Below are positions 1-15,661 of a stretch of 64,000 nt of DNA, piece by piece. Where the stretch lies: NCBI RefSeq assembly GCF_009914755.1, contig NC_060931.1. One strand, written 5' to 3'. The stretch comes from the human T2T-CHM13v2.0 reference genome, Homo sapiens. The position numbers and the translations under genes are program-made. Each line of letters opens with the position of its first letter. Within the stretch, counting starts at the first letter, position 1. The notes beneath the pieces are model-generated. The model was not told where the DNA came from and did not search any database. It was given only the letters and a program-made list of their open reading frames with translations.

Positions 1-574
1 CAATAGGTAAACTAAATAAGGTTAATTATAATTCAAGTGTCCCACCGGTATTGTCTTCTATGGTAAGAAAATATACTGTTATCAATATAATTAGGAATTA
101 GTGGAAAGAGCTATTAGTATCTCTATCACTACCTCCATGACGCATTATAGTTTTGTTTTAACACTGAGCCTGCTGGAAATGCTATTAACGTGCCTGTCAA
201 AACTGAAGAATAAACATTTAGATTATAGCTTATAGACAGAGTTTAATATTTGATTCCCCAATCCTAAACAAAGACATATAATTTGTATATTTTGTAGAAA
301 TTTTATACAAATATTTTCTGCTTACTCAAATAATAGCACATGATGCTATAAACTATGATGCTATAAAGAGAAAATAATTATACAAAGGTTAAGAGAACAA
401 TTTTTCCAAAAGTAGAGAAGAGCTCAGTCTCACTTTCATAGCTCCACATGGAATAAGTCAATGCAGGGGATACACATTTTACATTGACCTGAAAATTAGT
501 ATTAGTAGTTCTAATATTATGTTGATATGTTTTTAGATTGTTCACCACTTAGATCAACAAAATGAAGTGGAGTA

Positions 575-1960
<1,386 letters not shown>

Positions 1961-2156
1961 TGGAAAAATAAATAAATAAGAGGTGAATGTGTTACTATGG
2001 TCAGGCAAAATAATTGGGCAGGTTCTCAAATATCAATAATAAGAAAATAAAACCCGATACTAATTTTTGTTATTTCATCAGGGACCTAGTACTATATGAC
2101 AATTTTTCTAAATCTCTGACTCTATACTTTATGTGCATTAGATTATAATAGAACCA

Positions 2157-2454
<298 letters not shown>

Positions 2455-2663
2455 AATAGAACAAATTTTAAAAGATGGAGTAATACCAACATTAAAAGGC
2501 AGACAAAATTGCCGCATGATACAAACAGTATCTAAGAATAATAGGAGTGGAAAGGAGAAATAAACAAGGTAGATTTGGGGTGTGAAGAGTAGTTAATGAT
2601 ACATTATAATTCTTAAGTCCTTTGAAAGCAATTCTCCATGAGGACATTCTCACAAAGGGCCAA

Positions 2664-2671
2664 TTTCTTTT

Positions 2672-2702
<31 letters not shown>

Positions 2703-2796
2703 AAGGACCAATTTCTCTTTCTTCCTTCCTTCCTTCCTTCCTTCCTTCCTTCCTTCCTTTCTTTCTTTCTTTTCTTTCTTTCTCTCTTTCTTTTTT
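2664..2796. repeat. Compound (TTTC)n/(TTCC)9 microsatellite in the Alu tail
   Basis: Directly visible; TTCC x9 at 2722-2757. Confidence 0.95.
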
Positions 2797-3065
2797 GAGA
2801 CGGCGTCTCTCTCTGTTGCCCCAGCTGGAGTGCAGTGGCAGGATCTCAGCTCACCGCAAGCTCCACCTCCCATGTGTATGCCATTCTCCTGCCTCAATCT
2901 CCCGACAGGCGCCCGCCACCGTGCCCGGCTAATTTTTTTGTATTTTTAGTAGAGACGGGGTTTCACCATGTTAGCCAGGATGGTCTCGATCTCCTGACCT
3001 CATGATCCGCCCACCTCGGCCTCCCAAAGTGCTGGGATTACAGGCGTGAGCCACCGCGCCCGGCC
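2669..3065 (-). mobile_element. AluY with a tail expanded into (TTTC)n/(TTCC)n and a ~13-bp internal deletion
   Basis: 17-bp TSD ACAAAGGGCCAATTTCT (2652-2668, 3068-3084); body lacks GTAGCTGGGACTA near 2905. Confidence 0.93.
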
Positions 3066-4119
3066 CTACAAAGGGCCAATTTCTATCCATCCTCATGTTA
3101 GTAGAAAGTGCCTCATATTTATATAGCGATTAAGGACAGCACCTGGCTTGCTTTGGGGACATGTAATATTATCAAGCCACATTATATGCTGAGCAAATGT
3201 GTTCTCTAAAACATGACCGTAAATTGTGAGTCACCGTATTTTCTGCCTATTTCCATTTTGTATTGAAGAGTAGTAGAAGGCAATAGTAGTTTAAAATCTG
3301 ATTCATAGGCAAAAACTGCTTCCCTAGAAAAGAACCAATTTTACAAAACCACTGATGAAGTTCAGATGATTCAATCATCAGCCTCAAGTTTTAAGTCAGA
3401 CTCGTACTTTTCCCCTCACTTTGACCAGAACATATTGCTGCTGCAAAGCAATTTGCACTTTAAAACTTTAAAGAGAGCAGAAAGGACTAGACTTGCCAGA
3501 AGGCAGTTGGGCAATTGTCACAGGCAGATTGTTTATTCCACCCAGAGGTTTATGATTATTTTCATAGTATTCTGCAAAGATCAAGATAAAGTGCTAACAG
3601 GCTATGGTTTTTATAAAGGTGGAGTTTAAAGTATTATAAAGCAATAAACCATCAAATTGCTTGACAGTTTATACAGGTAGGTTGTTCATATAACTATATG
3701 AGCAAGGAATACACTTTATTTTTATTAGTTCCAGAACTGTGTGGCCCACAATCAGTTCAATCAGAACAGATTGAACAATCTGAACAATCAGAAGAGATTT
3801 TCTTAATTTTTGTCTGATTTTTTAACAAAATTCTGCAAGTGATTCATTGTTTGACTGCAGTAAACCAGTAATGTTTGAAACAAGAATCAATGTTGGCACC
3901 AGAAATCATAAGTCTGTTCTTTTTCAACTTCAAATACAATTAATTAATAAGAATTGCAAAAATTCAATGATGAAAGCAAAAATCTCAGGACTTATGAGGG
4001 AAGCAAGAAAAAACAAAAGGCTCTCCCTTTTTAATGACACATAAAGGGAAGAAATCAGGGTCCTATTATGTTTCTTACTCTGAAATAAAATTGCCCAAGC
4101 TGGGAACCTGACAATCGTG

Positions 4120-5143
4120 TGTATTATTTCCCTATGGGTGCCATAACAAAGTATCGCCAGCTGGATTTTTTAAGCCACCCAGAAATTTGTCTCACGGTTC
4201 TAGAGGCTAGAAGTTCACAATCAAAGTGCTGGCAGGGTTGGTTCCTGATGAGAGTTGTGAAGCAGAATCTGTTCCATGTCTCTCCCCTGGCTTCTGGTGG
4301 TTTGCTGCCAATCTTTGGCATTCCTTGACTTGTAGACCTGTCACCCCAATCTCTGTCTTCATGTTCACATGGCGTACTCCCTGTGTGCATGTATCCAATT
4401 GTGATGGTTAATATTAAGTGTCGAATTGACTGGATTGAAGGACGCAAAATATTGTTTTTGGGTGTGTCTGGGAGGGTGTTACCAAAGGAGACAAACATTT
4501 GAGTCAGTGGACTGGGAGAGGCAGATCCACCCTCAATCCGGGTGGGCACCATCTAATCATCTGCCAGTGTAGCTAGGATAAAAGCAGGCAGAAGAACGTG
4601 GAAAGACTAGACTGGCTAAGTCTTTTGGCCTCTGTCTTTCTCCTGTGGTAGATGCTTACTGCCCTTGAACTCCAAATTCTTCAGCTTTTGGACTCTTGGA
4701 CCTATACCAGTGATGTGACAGGGGATTGCAGGCTTTTGGCCACAGACTGAAGGCTGCACTGTCAGCTTCCCTACTTTTGAGGTTTTGGGACTCGGACTGG
4801 CTTCCTGGTTTATCAGCTTACAGATGGCCTATTGTGGGACTTCACCTTGTGATTGTGTGAGTCATGTCTCCTAATAAACTCCCCTTCATATCTAGATCTA
4901 TCCTCTTAGTTCTGTCCCTCTGGAGAACCCTGACTAATACACCAATTTTCTTTTTTTTTTTATATATATATATATAAGAACACCAGTCATATCGGAATAG
5001 AGACCCACCCTACTCCGGCATGGCTTTATCTTAATTGCATCTACAACTACCCTTTTCCAAATAGAAACACATTCTGAAGTAGTAGGAGTTAGGACTTCAA
5101 TTTATTAAATTTTTTTTATGGGGAACACAACTCAACCCATAAA
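4120..5143 (-). mobile_element. MLT1C-like MaLR LTR, split by the MLT2A insertion
   Basis: MLT1 motifs (CCATAACAAAGTA, AGAAATTTGTCTCACGGTTCTAGAGGCTAGAAG) on the left; resumes after 4946 and ends ACACAACTCAACCCATAA. Confidence 0.8.
4400..4941 (+). mobile_element. MLT2A2-like (HERV-L) solo LTR
   Basis: Starts TGTGATGGTTAATATT, ends GAACCCTGACTAATACA; perfect 5-bp TSD CCAAT (4395-4399, 4942-4946). Confidence 0.92.
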
Positions 5144-5360
5144 AAATCTTAGATGTATCCATCTTTCCATGTACTATTGTCTCAAAGTTCAGTTTCATTC
5201 ACCTTCACACTTCTCTAATGTTCAACTCTTTCTCCAGCTCCACTGCAACTGCCTTTGCAGTATCTTACTTCATCACTGAACCGTGATTCCACAAGGGTAG
5301 AGCCTGTGACCATTTTTGTTCCTCTATGTAGGCCCACTGACTGACTTCATACTGGATGTC

Positions 5361-5654
5361 TTTTTTTTTTTTTTTGAGACAGGGTCTCGTTCTGTCGCCC
5401 ATGCTGGAGTGCAGTGGTGTGATCTCCGCTCACTGCAACCTCCGCCTCCCGGGCTTAAGCAATTCTCTGCCTCGGCCTCCCAAGTAGCTGGGATTACAGG
5501 CACGTGCCACCATGTGCAGCTAATTTTTGTATTTTTAGTAGAGACGGGGTTTCACCATCTTGGCCGGGCTGGTCTTGAACTCCTGACCTCGTGATCCACC
5601 CACCTCGGCCTCCCAAAGTGCTGGGATTACAGGCGAGAGCCACCATACCCAGCC
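5361..5654 (-). mobile_element. AluS element
   Basis: Poly-T plus full reverse-complement Alu body. Confidence 0.95.
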
Positions 5655-5759
5655 CTGGCTATCGCTTAATGTAATATCTGTTTAGTGAGTTTTAAGTAAA
5701 AGACTCTTCATTGATTGGTAAAATGTATTTCTAACTACATTTCCTGTTTGTAAACTTAA

Positions 5760-6315
5760 TCTTCACTTCAGTCCATTCTCCCCCACTGTTAACAGGTAGA
5801 TCTTTGAAATATTTTTACCATGCTCCAAAATGTTCAATGGCTTTTCATGACTTACAAGATAAACATTCAAACACCTTAGGCTGGCACACAAGGAACTTTG
5901 TCTTGGCCTCAGTTTACCCCTTCAGTCTCATCTCTATTACTTCCTCCCAACCCCTGATCCCATAAATGCAGTAATTTTAGCTCCTTGATAACCTCATGCT
6001 CTCCTGTGCTTGCATGCCTTTGCAAATCTTCTCTTTGCCTAGAATATGTTTCTCACCCCATCAGCCCAAAGACAACCTTCTGGGTGAGTTATCAACGCTT
6101 TCATTGTGCATTTTGTGTATACCTATATCAGAATAGCCGGTATATTGTCTACTTAAATGAATGTTTTTGTGTCTTACTTTCGGTGAGACTGAAACAACCT
6201 GTGCTTCTTGAGGACCAAACACAAGGGTTTTGTTTCATCTTTGTATTCTCAGCTTATTATATAGGGCAAGGGCAGGCACCAAATAAACATTTGCAGAATA
6301 AACAAATGCATGGAA
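5760..6315 (+). mobile_element. L2 3' region
   Basis: L2-type TTCAATGGCTT...AAACACCTTAGGCTGGCAC and terminus CACCAAATAAACATTTGCAGAATAAACAAATG. Confidence 0.65.
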
Positions 6316-7349
6316 GAGAAACTATGTGGTCCAATGTTCATTTACAGAGCTTAGTTAGGACACATTTGTTGGAAATACGATTTAAAGTGATTATAGCTCT
6401 TCCTCTAAATCTGTAGTCAGAGTCAACAGAACACATACTTCAATAATGGCCTCAATGTCAGCCTTCTATATACCTGTCAAAGCCAGGCACGCCAGTGAGG
6501 AAAGGGTACACCAAGGTACACCTTCGAACCCCGCTTTGTTCCTAATGCTTTACAAATATTTTCTGAGACTGATGGAGGGAGGAAAACTCAATATACTTTG
6601 GTTTATAATCTAATGATGCCTAGTAAAGGCCATAACTCTAACAAACATAAGGCAGGTGTGGGATAATATTTGTCCTTTGTTAAGCCATGTTAATTTAGCA
6701 GGCAGTTAACTAACTCTTGGCTCAGATAATAAAATCAAACCAAATATACTAAAATTAGCAATGAGGAAGACGTTTTAATTTGTATGTGTGTGTGTGTGAA
6801 GTAGCAGCCATCCTTTATCACCTGATCATGGCCCATATAGAGATTTTTCCCTTTAGGGCCTATGTTTGGGTGTTGAGGTTGAGTTTATTAAGGAATACAA
6901 TAGGCTTCTTACTAGTGAGGGGAGTAGTGACATTAGCAAAAACCCTCTGAGGGGAAGCAGAATGTGAAGGTATGTAGCTATGAGGCATAGGCGTTATTAC
7001 GATGGACATTTACTCGTCTATTTCTAGCTTTTGTCATTCGGGCATCATTTAATTATAGGGGCTGGTGGGTTAACGTTCCACAGCTCTGTTCATAGATGGT
7101 GCATGGTATTTACAAGATGATTTCCCTGGCACTGAAAATGAAAGGGTGGCTTCTTTACTCAGGAAGATCAAAACGTATTGAGGAAGGGACATCTTCAAGT
7201 GAGTAATGGATGTCACATGAAATGTGTGAAAATATTTTGTGTAAAGTGTGTTGTGATTGCAGAACAAGAAGTAGCTAACATTGTCTCCATAGTCCATTAA
7301 CAAAATAAATAAATAAATCAGGGTGTTATATGAACCTTCCGCATGTCTG

Positions 7350-7781
7350 CATTGTATCACAAGAATACTTTCCAATGCAGAAGACAAGAAACGGGCAGAG
7401 GAAATCAATGGTGCTTCTGTTTGAGCATGGGTCAAGTTGGGCACTAGTGGGAAATTGGAGGGCAGAGGAAGATAGAAGCCAAGGTATCTCTGTCCTTCTC
7501 TCATTTCCTTGGATAGCATCTTCAGTAGTGGGTAAGTCTCATTAACTCTGGCACAGGCCAAGCCTCCTGGCAGGTTTCTAGATTCCACATCACCTCCATA
7601 CCAGGAGGTCCTCCATACTACAGAATGGCAGCACTTCCTGCTGATACTAATCTCTGGCTTACCTAAACAACCTCTGTTTGGTTCCTTTGATCTTTCATCA
7701 AGTGCACAACCCATTCTAGGCATTTAATTCCCTCTGTTTAAAATAATTTGTGATTTTTACTTTCCTATTTGACTTTGATAC
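7350..7781 (+). mobile_element. Old ERVL-class LTR (LTR33-like)
   Basis: GGCACTAGTGGGAAATTGGAGGGCAGAGGAAG...CCAAGGTATCTCT motif and end TTTGATACA; recalled similarity only. Confidence 0.55.
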
Positions 7782-8490
7782 ACTATTACGTGTATCAGAC
7801 AAATAAAATTAAGAATGGAAAATGTAAACCTTGTCTAAATCTGGGATCTTCTTTGTGCAAAGAATTGAGTAGTTAGAAATTACTAATAATTATCTCATTT
7901 CTTCTTTCATGTTTGTTTTATACTTTAAGATCAGCTTTTGAGTCCAAATTACTAATGTATTTTTTGAAAAATCAATGTCAGAAATTCCAAGATTTTTTTA
8001 AAAATATAGGCTATTACACAGCAGTCAAATAATTAGGATTTAAAGGCTATGCACAACACCTAGCACAATACCAAAAAAGAAAATAAACACTATCAAATCT
8101 TTATAAACAGAAAATGCCAGTAATCCCACTTTGCTTGACCTTTCATATCTGTAATAATGGCATAATTATTCTAAGAAGAGAAACTGAATTTTATTTTTTA
8201 TTCCAATGTGATAACAATAAAAGATATACTATGAAACAAAAATGTAACACCAAAATGAATAAAAATAAATAATAATTTAAAACCATAAATACCAATAATA
8301 ACAACATCAAACAAATATTGATAAATTGCCATTTTGTGTTAAACATCACACTACCGTTAAACACTTAGTGAAGGCATCAACTCTCTGGGCCTCAAGTTCC
8401 TTTTGGGGAAACCGAAGAGCTTAGATCACAATAGTTTTTCCCAACCATTGATCCTCAGGTCTAGCAGTTTATGTAACTGAAGATCATACT

Positions 8491-8797
<307 letters not shown>

Positions 8798-10227
8798 TTA
8801 ATTTACCTATTGCAACATCCATTACTTAAATTAAAAATCAAATAATTATGTAGGAGATGTTTGCTTTAGAACAGACATCTTTCTGTTCTAAAGTTTATGG
8901 TCCTCTGAGAAGTCAGATGAGCTGGCTCATGACTCAGTTACCGTTTCTGACTCAGTTGATAACTCCTAGCTAGTACATTAGTTTTAAACAGCACATTGCT
9001 TTTTTAAATTCTAGGTCAAACGTTGTTTAATTTATATCCATAACTGACCATTTGTTAAAGACAGGAAACACAGGGAACACTGACGTTGAAATGCAATAAG
9101 GAAACTAGGGACATAATAATATAATTTTGCAAATTTTGTTCATTTTCTCTTCATCAGATCAAAATTCTTGTGTGTATTTAGTACTTCAAAAATCCATTTG
9201 AAAAGCATAAACTAATGTAATGATTATTAAACATGGCTTTGAATCATGAGAAATAAAAAAATTAACCCGCAAACAATGTGTTATTTGCAGACATTTCAAA
9301 TACCAATTTGAATCTCTTCTTATCTATGCAGTCAGAAACAAAACATGATAATCATAAAGGTAAAAGAGTCCATTTTTTTTTTAAGTACGGAGCAAGAATT
9401 CTACACATCTGGTCATAATTGAGCACTTTTTTTCATATTATAACATGCATTTTAAATGTATATTTCAATTGCTATTTATTCACAAAACCAAATATGCCAT
9501 ACTATTAGATTGTTTCTTTTTCAACAAATTTTGGCCTTTAAAATAAAATTAAAATTTTCTTAGAAACTGATTTTTAATGGAAAAGGTGGAAATTTATATT
9601 GTTATGTATTATTTCTGTTCTTAAGGTTGCACTTAAATATTTTATATTTTTAAATAATTCATTTACCCAAAACTATATGTATATATTTACTTACTTAAAA
9701 TATATTTATTACGTGTCACCCAAAAATTACTTTAAAAATTAAAATTCTACAGACTGTGTGGAGCTATATATTGGACCGAAAGCTTTTTTTCAAGTCAAAG
9801 GCGTTTGGGACATGCTTCCCTTAGCTAATCTCCAAGACGTCATGAATCCAGTGGCTTTGATGATCCAAATTAGACTATTCTGAAAGGAATTCTGATGTCA
9901 TTGTTTGGATCCTTAAATGACTAACTCAAAGAGAAAACGGAAAAAAAATTGTCTGCAAAAGAACCATTCATTAAAAATCTTATCTCTGTCTTCTACTTTC
10001 CCCTCCCTCTCTTCTCTCATCATGCCCTCTTTGTGGCTGTATGATCCAGTTTTGTACAGTCAGAAACAAAATCAGCCCTCATAAAAACATTCATGTCATC
10101 TAAAAATGTTTTTATAGAAACTTACTTTTCCCACGTTGGGAAATAAGAAGGGTTTGTGTTTGTGGCATTTGAAAGTCTGGAGTCTGGTATTTAGGATATC
10201 TATTTACTCTTTTCCCCCTTTATTTCT

Positions 10228-10570
<343 letters not shown>

Positions 10571-12422
10571 TGAGTCCTTAATCATAATGGGACTGAATTT
10601 TATGGAGGATGGTCTATATATAGATGCGAAATGTTCTTGATTTGAATGTTTACATGGAATTCATAGGTTGCATAGAAAAAAAAACAAAGACTCTCAAAAG
10701 CGGCATGTTCACTTTTCAGATTCTGGTCATTGTGTGTAAATTACAGAAAGAAGAATTCTAGTGAATGCCTACTTAACGAATTTTCTAGTTTGCAATATCA
10801 AACACCAGTTCCTGAAAATTTTTTCAATGAAAATGTCTAATTCTGTGTTTCTACCCTGAAAGTCCCTGTAGCTTGGGATCACAGTTTAAATTACTATTCT
10901 CAACATAAATTCGTCACTTTTGGAGCTGAGTGGAGACTTACTCTGTCTCCTTCTTGGAGAATAATGAAAAAAGCAGCTTTATATCAGAAATGTTGCCCAG
11001 GTAGCTGAGACTGTAGTTTGAGTTTAACAGCAGGTGTCTTGCGTTTGATAATTATTACCAGCACCTAATCTGCTACCTGTCTTTTTTAGTGACTGGAAAT
11101 TAGGGCAATGGTGTTTCAAGAGACTGCTGAGAATAAAGTTAAAGCTGCACAGAGATGAATTATTCTTCTAAAACGGGCCTCTGCACAGGGTATGTTAACA
11201 CTGCCTAATGAATCTCATGGTGAAATTTTGAAATGCATAAAAATACCAACACTATACAAGGGGATAGGGTGTTCTTGTTATACAATACCAATTTTACAAC
11301 GACATGTATTCTACTGATGGTGATTTCAAAGCATCTGGATGGAATAAAACACACTCAACACCAAGGCTATGTTGAACAACTTTTATAACTTGCAAGGCCT
11401 AGAGTCATCATGAGCATGTATAATGCATCTCTACCGATGTACAAAATTCATTGTATTTGTCATGCCTTTTATACGTCATGAGGAGAATATTTTTGTAGTG
11501 ATTAGTTCAATACTGAATCATTGAAACATAGCCATAATTGAAAATAATAAAGCAGTGAATACTACAATATAGGCACTATTTTATAGAGACATAATCCATT
11601 GTATATTTCAAATCCCCATTGTATATTTATACTAAAGCTTTAGCTAACATTTATGTTTACGTATTTTAAGCTAGACAAAGCCATGGATTGATGTCTACAT
11701 AAACATCATTTCATTTAATCTTCATAACAATCTTACAGAATAGAAATATTTTATGTGTATTATTACAAAATCACAAATCTTAACCTTTAGAATAAAAATC
11801 GAAAAGGCCACCAATAGTTCAAGCCTTACATTGTCCTTACTGGTGGCAAGTTCATAGAAATGAGCATGTTTTTCCAAGAGTTCCCTCCAATTACCCAGAG
11901 ATAACTCTAGTCACTCTCTTTAGGTGTTGACATCCATCCTCGAACCAAGTACTATGTCAGGAGGATGGCACACTTTCCCTGGCCAAGCCTAGGTCTTTTG
12001 CCCATGCTTGAAACTGGAGGATAAGGGTGGGGTTTGCCAGTCTATCAAAATCACATGGACTAAGAATAGGGAAGGGGTTTTCCCCACAGAGATTCTGGGC
12101 AGCAGTCCAAAATAAAAATATGTTTTTATTATGTTCTGCTCCTTGGTTGCTAACATCCACTCACACTAGTCTCCCAAAATAAACATGCAAAACCGCCTGG
12201 CCTTATATGATGCAACGATCACATATACAACCAAAAATGTCTCCATCCCATCAAGAGACAATTCAAAATTTTGTTCAGTTGTTACATCCTAATATGCAAT
12301 AAACCATGAAAAATAATGAAACTCCCTCAACACAATCAATATACCATGGTAGAGGGTAAACAGGATAACTTTGAAAACATCCATCTGAAAAAGGGGACAA
12401 AGGGCAACAATAATTATCAATC

Positions 12423-12741
12423 TGTCTTAGTCTGCTTGGGTGGCTATACTGAAATCCCCTGAACAGGGTGGCTTATAAACAAAAGAAACAGAGGAAGTTA
12501 TTTCTCACAGTCCTGAGTCGAAGATCAAGGTGCCAGAAGATTTGGTGTCTGGTGAGGGTCCATTTCCTGATTCACAGATAGTATGTTTTTGTGGTGTTTT
12601 CACATGGTGGAAGGGGCGAGGGGCCTCTTTTAGAAGGACACTAATCCTATTTATGAGAGCTTTACCCTCATGACCTAATCACCTCTCATAATTCCTGCCT
12701 TGCAATACTATCACATTGGCATGAACATTCAGACTATAGCA
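12423..12741 (-). mobile_element. MLT1A-type MaLR LTR
   Basis: TGTCTTAGTCTGCTTGGG...GGCTTATAAAC...AAGATCAAGGTGCCAG...AACATTCAGACTATAGCA. Confidence 0.8.
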
Positions 12742-13036
12742 AGGCTCAAAGCACAGCAACATCCAGGGATGGGAGGAGCATTGGCTGTCTGCCCTGACAA
12801 TGAGAAAGTTGCTCAGTCAATTAATTGAGTTTCTCAAAATTCTGTTCTCTAGTAAATCTTCCTCGAATAAATTCCTCTTGACCAAATATGAGTTGTGCAT
12901 TGGAGGAAGATTTTCTTTCTAACGGTTTGAGTCCTTCAGTAGCCCAGATTCTGTTGGGATAAGTAATGAGTTTTGCTTTAAATGCAGAATAACAACATAC
13001 TTTGATTGTCAGTCTTGGGATTTCTCTAGCAATATA

Positions 13037-13367
13037 CAGTTGGCCCTGCCTTTCAGCAGGTTCTGCATCTTTGAATTCAATCAACCCCAGATCAAAAATG
13101 TTTGAAAAAAAAATGAATGTTTGCATGTGTACTAAACATGTATAGACATTTTTTTCTTTGACATTATTCTCTAAATAGTACATTTAACAATTGTTTCCAT
13201 AGTATTAGGTATTACAATTAATCTAGAAATGACTTAAAGTATACAAGAAGATGTGCATAGGTTATATGTAAATACTACATTTTCTATAAAGGACTTAAGC
13301 ATCCAAAGATTTTGGTATCTGCTGGAATGCCTGTAATCAACTGCCCACAGACAGCGAGGGACAACTG
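13037..13367 (-). mobile_element. MER2 (Tigger-family non-autonomous DNA transposon)
   Basis: TIRs CAGTTGGCCCT / AGGGACAACTG flanked by TA on both sides; internal MER2 text (GATGTGCATAGGTTATATG...GATTTTGGTATC). Confidence 0.85.
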
Positions 13368-13526
13368 TAATTCCTTTAACTTTTTAACTCTTTAACTGCT
13401 TGTTTCCAAATTCCTTATGTGTTGCATATTTAAGTTTATTGATGACAGTTTTTCATTTGCTAATATTATTCTTTGCAACTAAGGGTAACAGGGATATAAA
13501 AATTATGAGTTAAAATCACCAAGTCT

Positions 13527-13861
<335 letters not shown>

Positions 13862-14146
13862 TTACAGAATAAAGGTTGAAAGAGATAATATAATAAAAGT
13901 GCCTATGTGCTGTTGTTATTATTTAAGTCCTTAATTATAAGTCACTTAAACAAGCAAACAAACCCTATGTGGCAATTAGTTGTAGTGTTTTCAAACCCTA
14001 CATGCATCAAGTTATGTTTCTCATCTATCAATAGGAGATAGGAGACCGTGTAGTGGTAAGAATCGCAGAGAAAAATCAGGGAATGTGTAAATAGTCTTTG
14101 CTGAGTTACCTAACCTCTTTATCAGTAATGTGAGGATAATAAAGAT

Positions 14147-14500
14147 TGTGGTGGATTGTGGTGATTATTAGGACTTTTCCAAATATATTATTACTTTTTT
14201 TTCCCTTAACACACAGTAAGGTTGTAATTCCCTGCCTCCTTTAAAGTTACATGTGGCCATATGATTTGGCCAATGACATGTGTCAATACTGGATGGGAAA
14301 CTGAAGGGCAGTGGACAATTCTCTCTATTCTCTGTCTCTGTTATGATTATTGCAGCTAATATGAAGATGAGGACCTCCATCAGTCTAGGTCTCTGAATAT
14401 ATGCAGAGTCTTCCCCACTACCCCATTTTGGGTATGTAATGCAAATAAGAAATATCTTCTACTGGATTAAGCCACTGGGTTTCAGAGGTTGTTGTTCTAA
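14147..14500 (+). mobile_element. Old MLT1 (I/J-like) LTR remnant
   Basis: CCCTGCCTCCTTTAAAGTTACATGTGGCCATATGA...GCCAATG and TTAAGCCACTGGGTTTCAGAGGTTGTTGTT motifs. Confidence 0.55.
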
Positions 14501-14918
14501 GTATCAAATCAGATAACATAAAGGTTGCATAATTCATGACACATTAACAGAAGCACATAAATATGTTGACTTTATTCTAGACAGAACTATTTAGGCTTGT
14601 TCAAATAGTTTTCCCATCAGTAATATTGAGATAATAATAACCATACAACCTAATTTAAAGGTATACTGTGGAATTCTATTCAAGGTCTAAATAATATATT
14701 TATATGAAATTTATAAAATGAAAAATATTACTTTTTCTGACCCCCACTTTGTATTAGCAGTTGATTATTTCCATAAATTCAATTGTCTTAATTTCTATAT
14801 TTTTTCTTCTCCAGTTTAGATCTTTCAAGGCCAGAGTGTATCACTGATAAATTATTTTCTTTAGCATATTTTAGAAACAAGAATATTTTATTTCATCATG
14901 TCCTTTTTTAGTTATTAG

Positions 14919-15228
<310 letters not shown>

Positions 15229-15289
15229 AGAAATTACTTACTACTTTTAAAGAAATAAATCACTAAATTTAAACTGATATCTTCTCAGC

Positions 15290-15661
<372 letters not shown>

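Noticed and set aside
2613-2949. K/E/R-rich and F/L/S-rich ORFs
   Set aside because: Translations of the Alu tail microsatellite.
3750-3800. TGAACAATC duplication and 8-bp inverted repeat
   Set aside because: Too short to exceed chance or ordinary slippage; not a CRISPR-like array.
7070-7723. Longest ORF (217 aa, minus strand)
   Set aside because: About half lies antisense in an LTR33-like element; no recognisable domain or exon structure.
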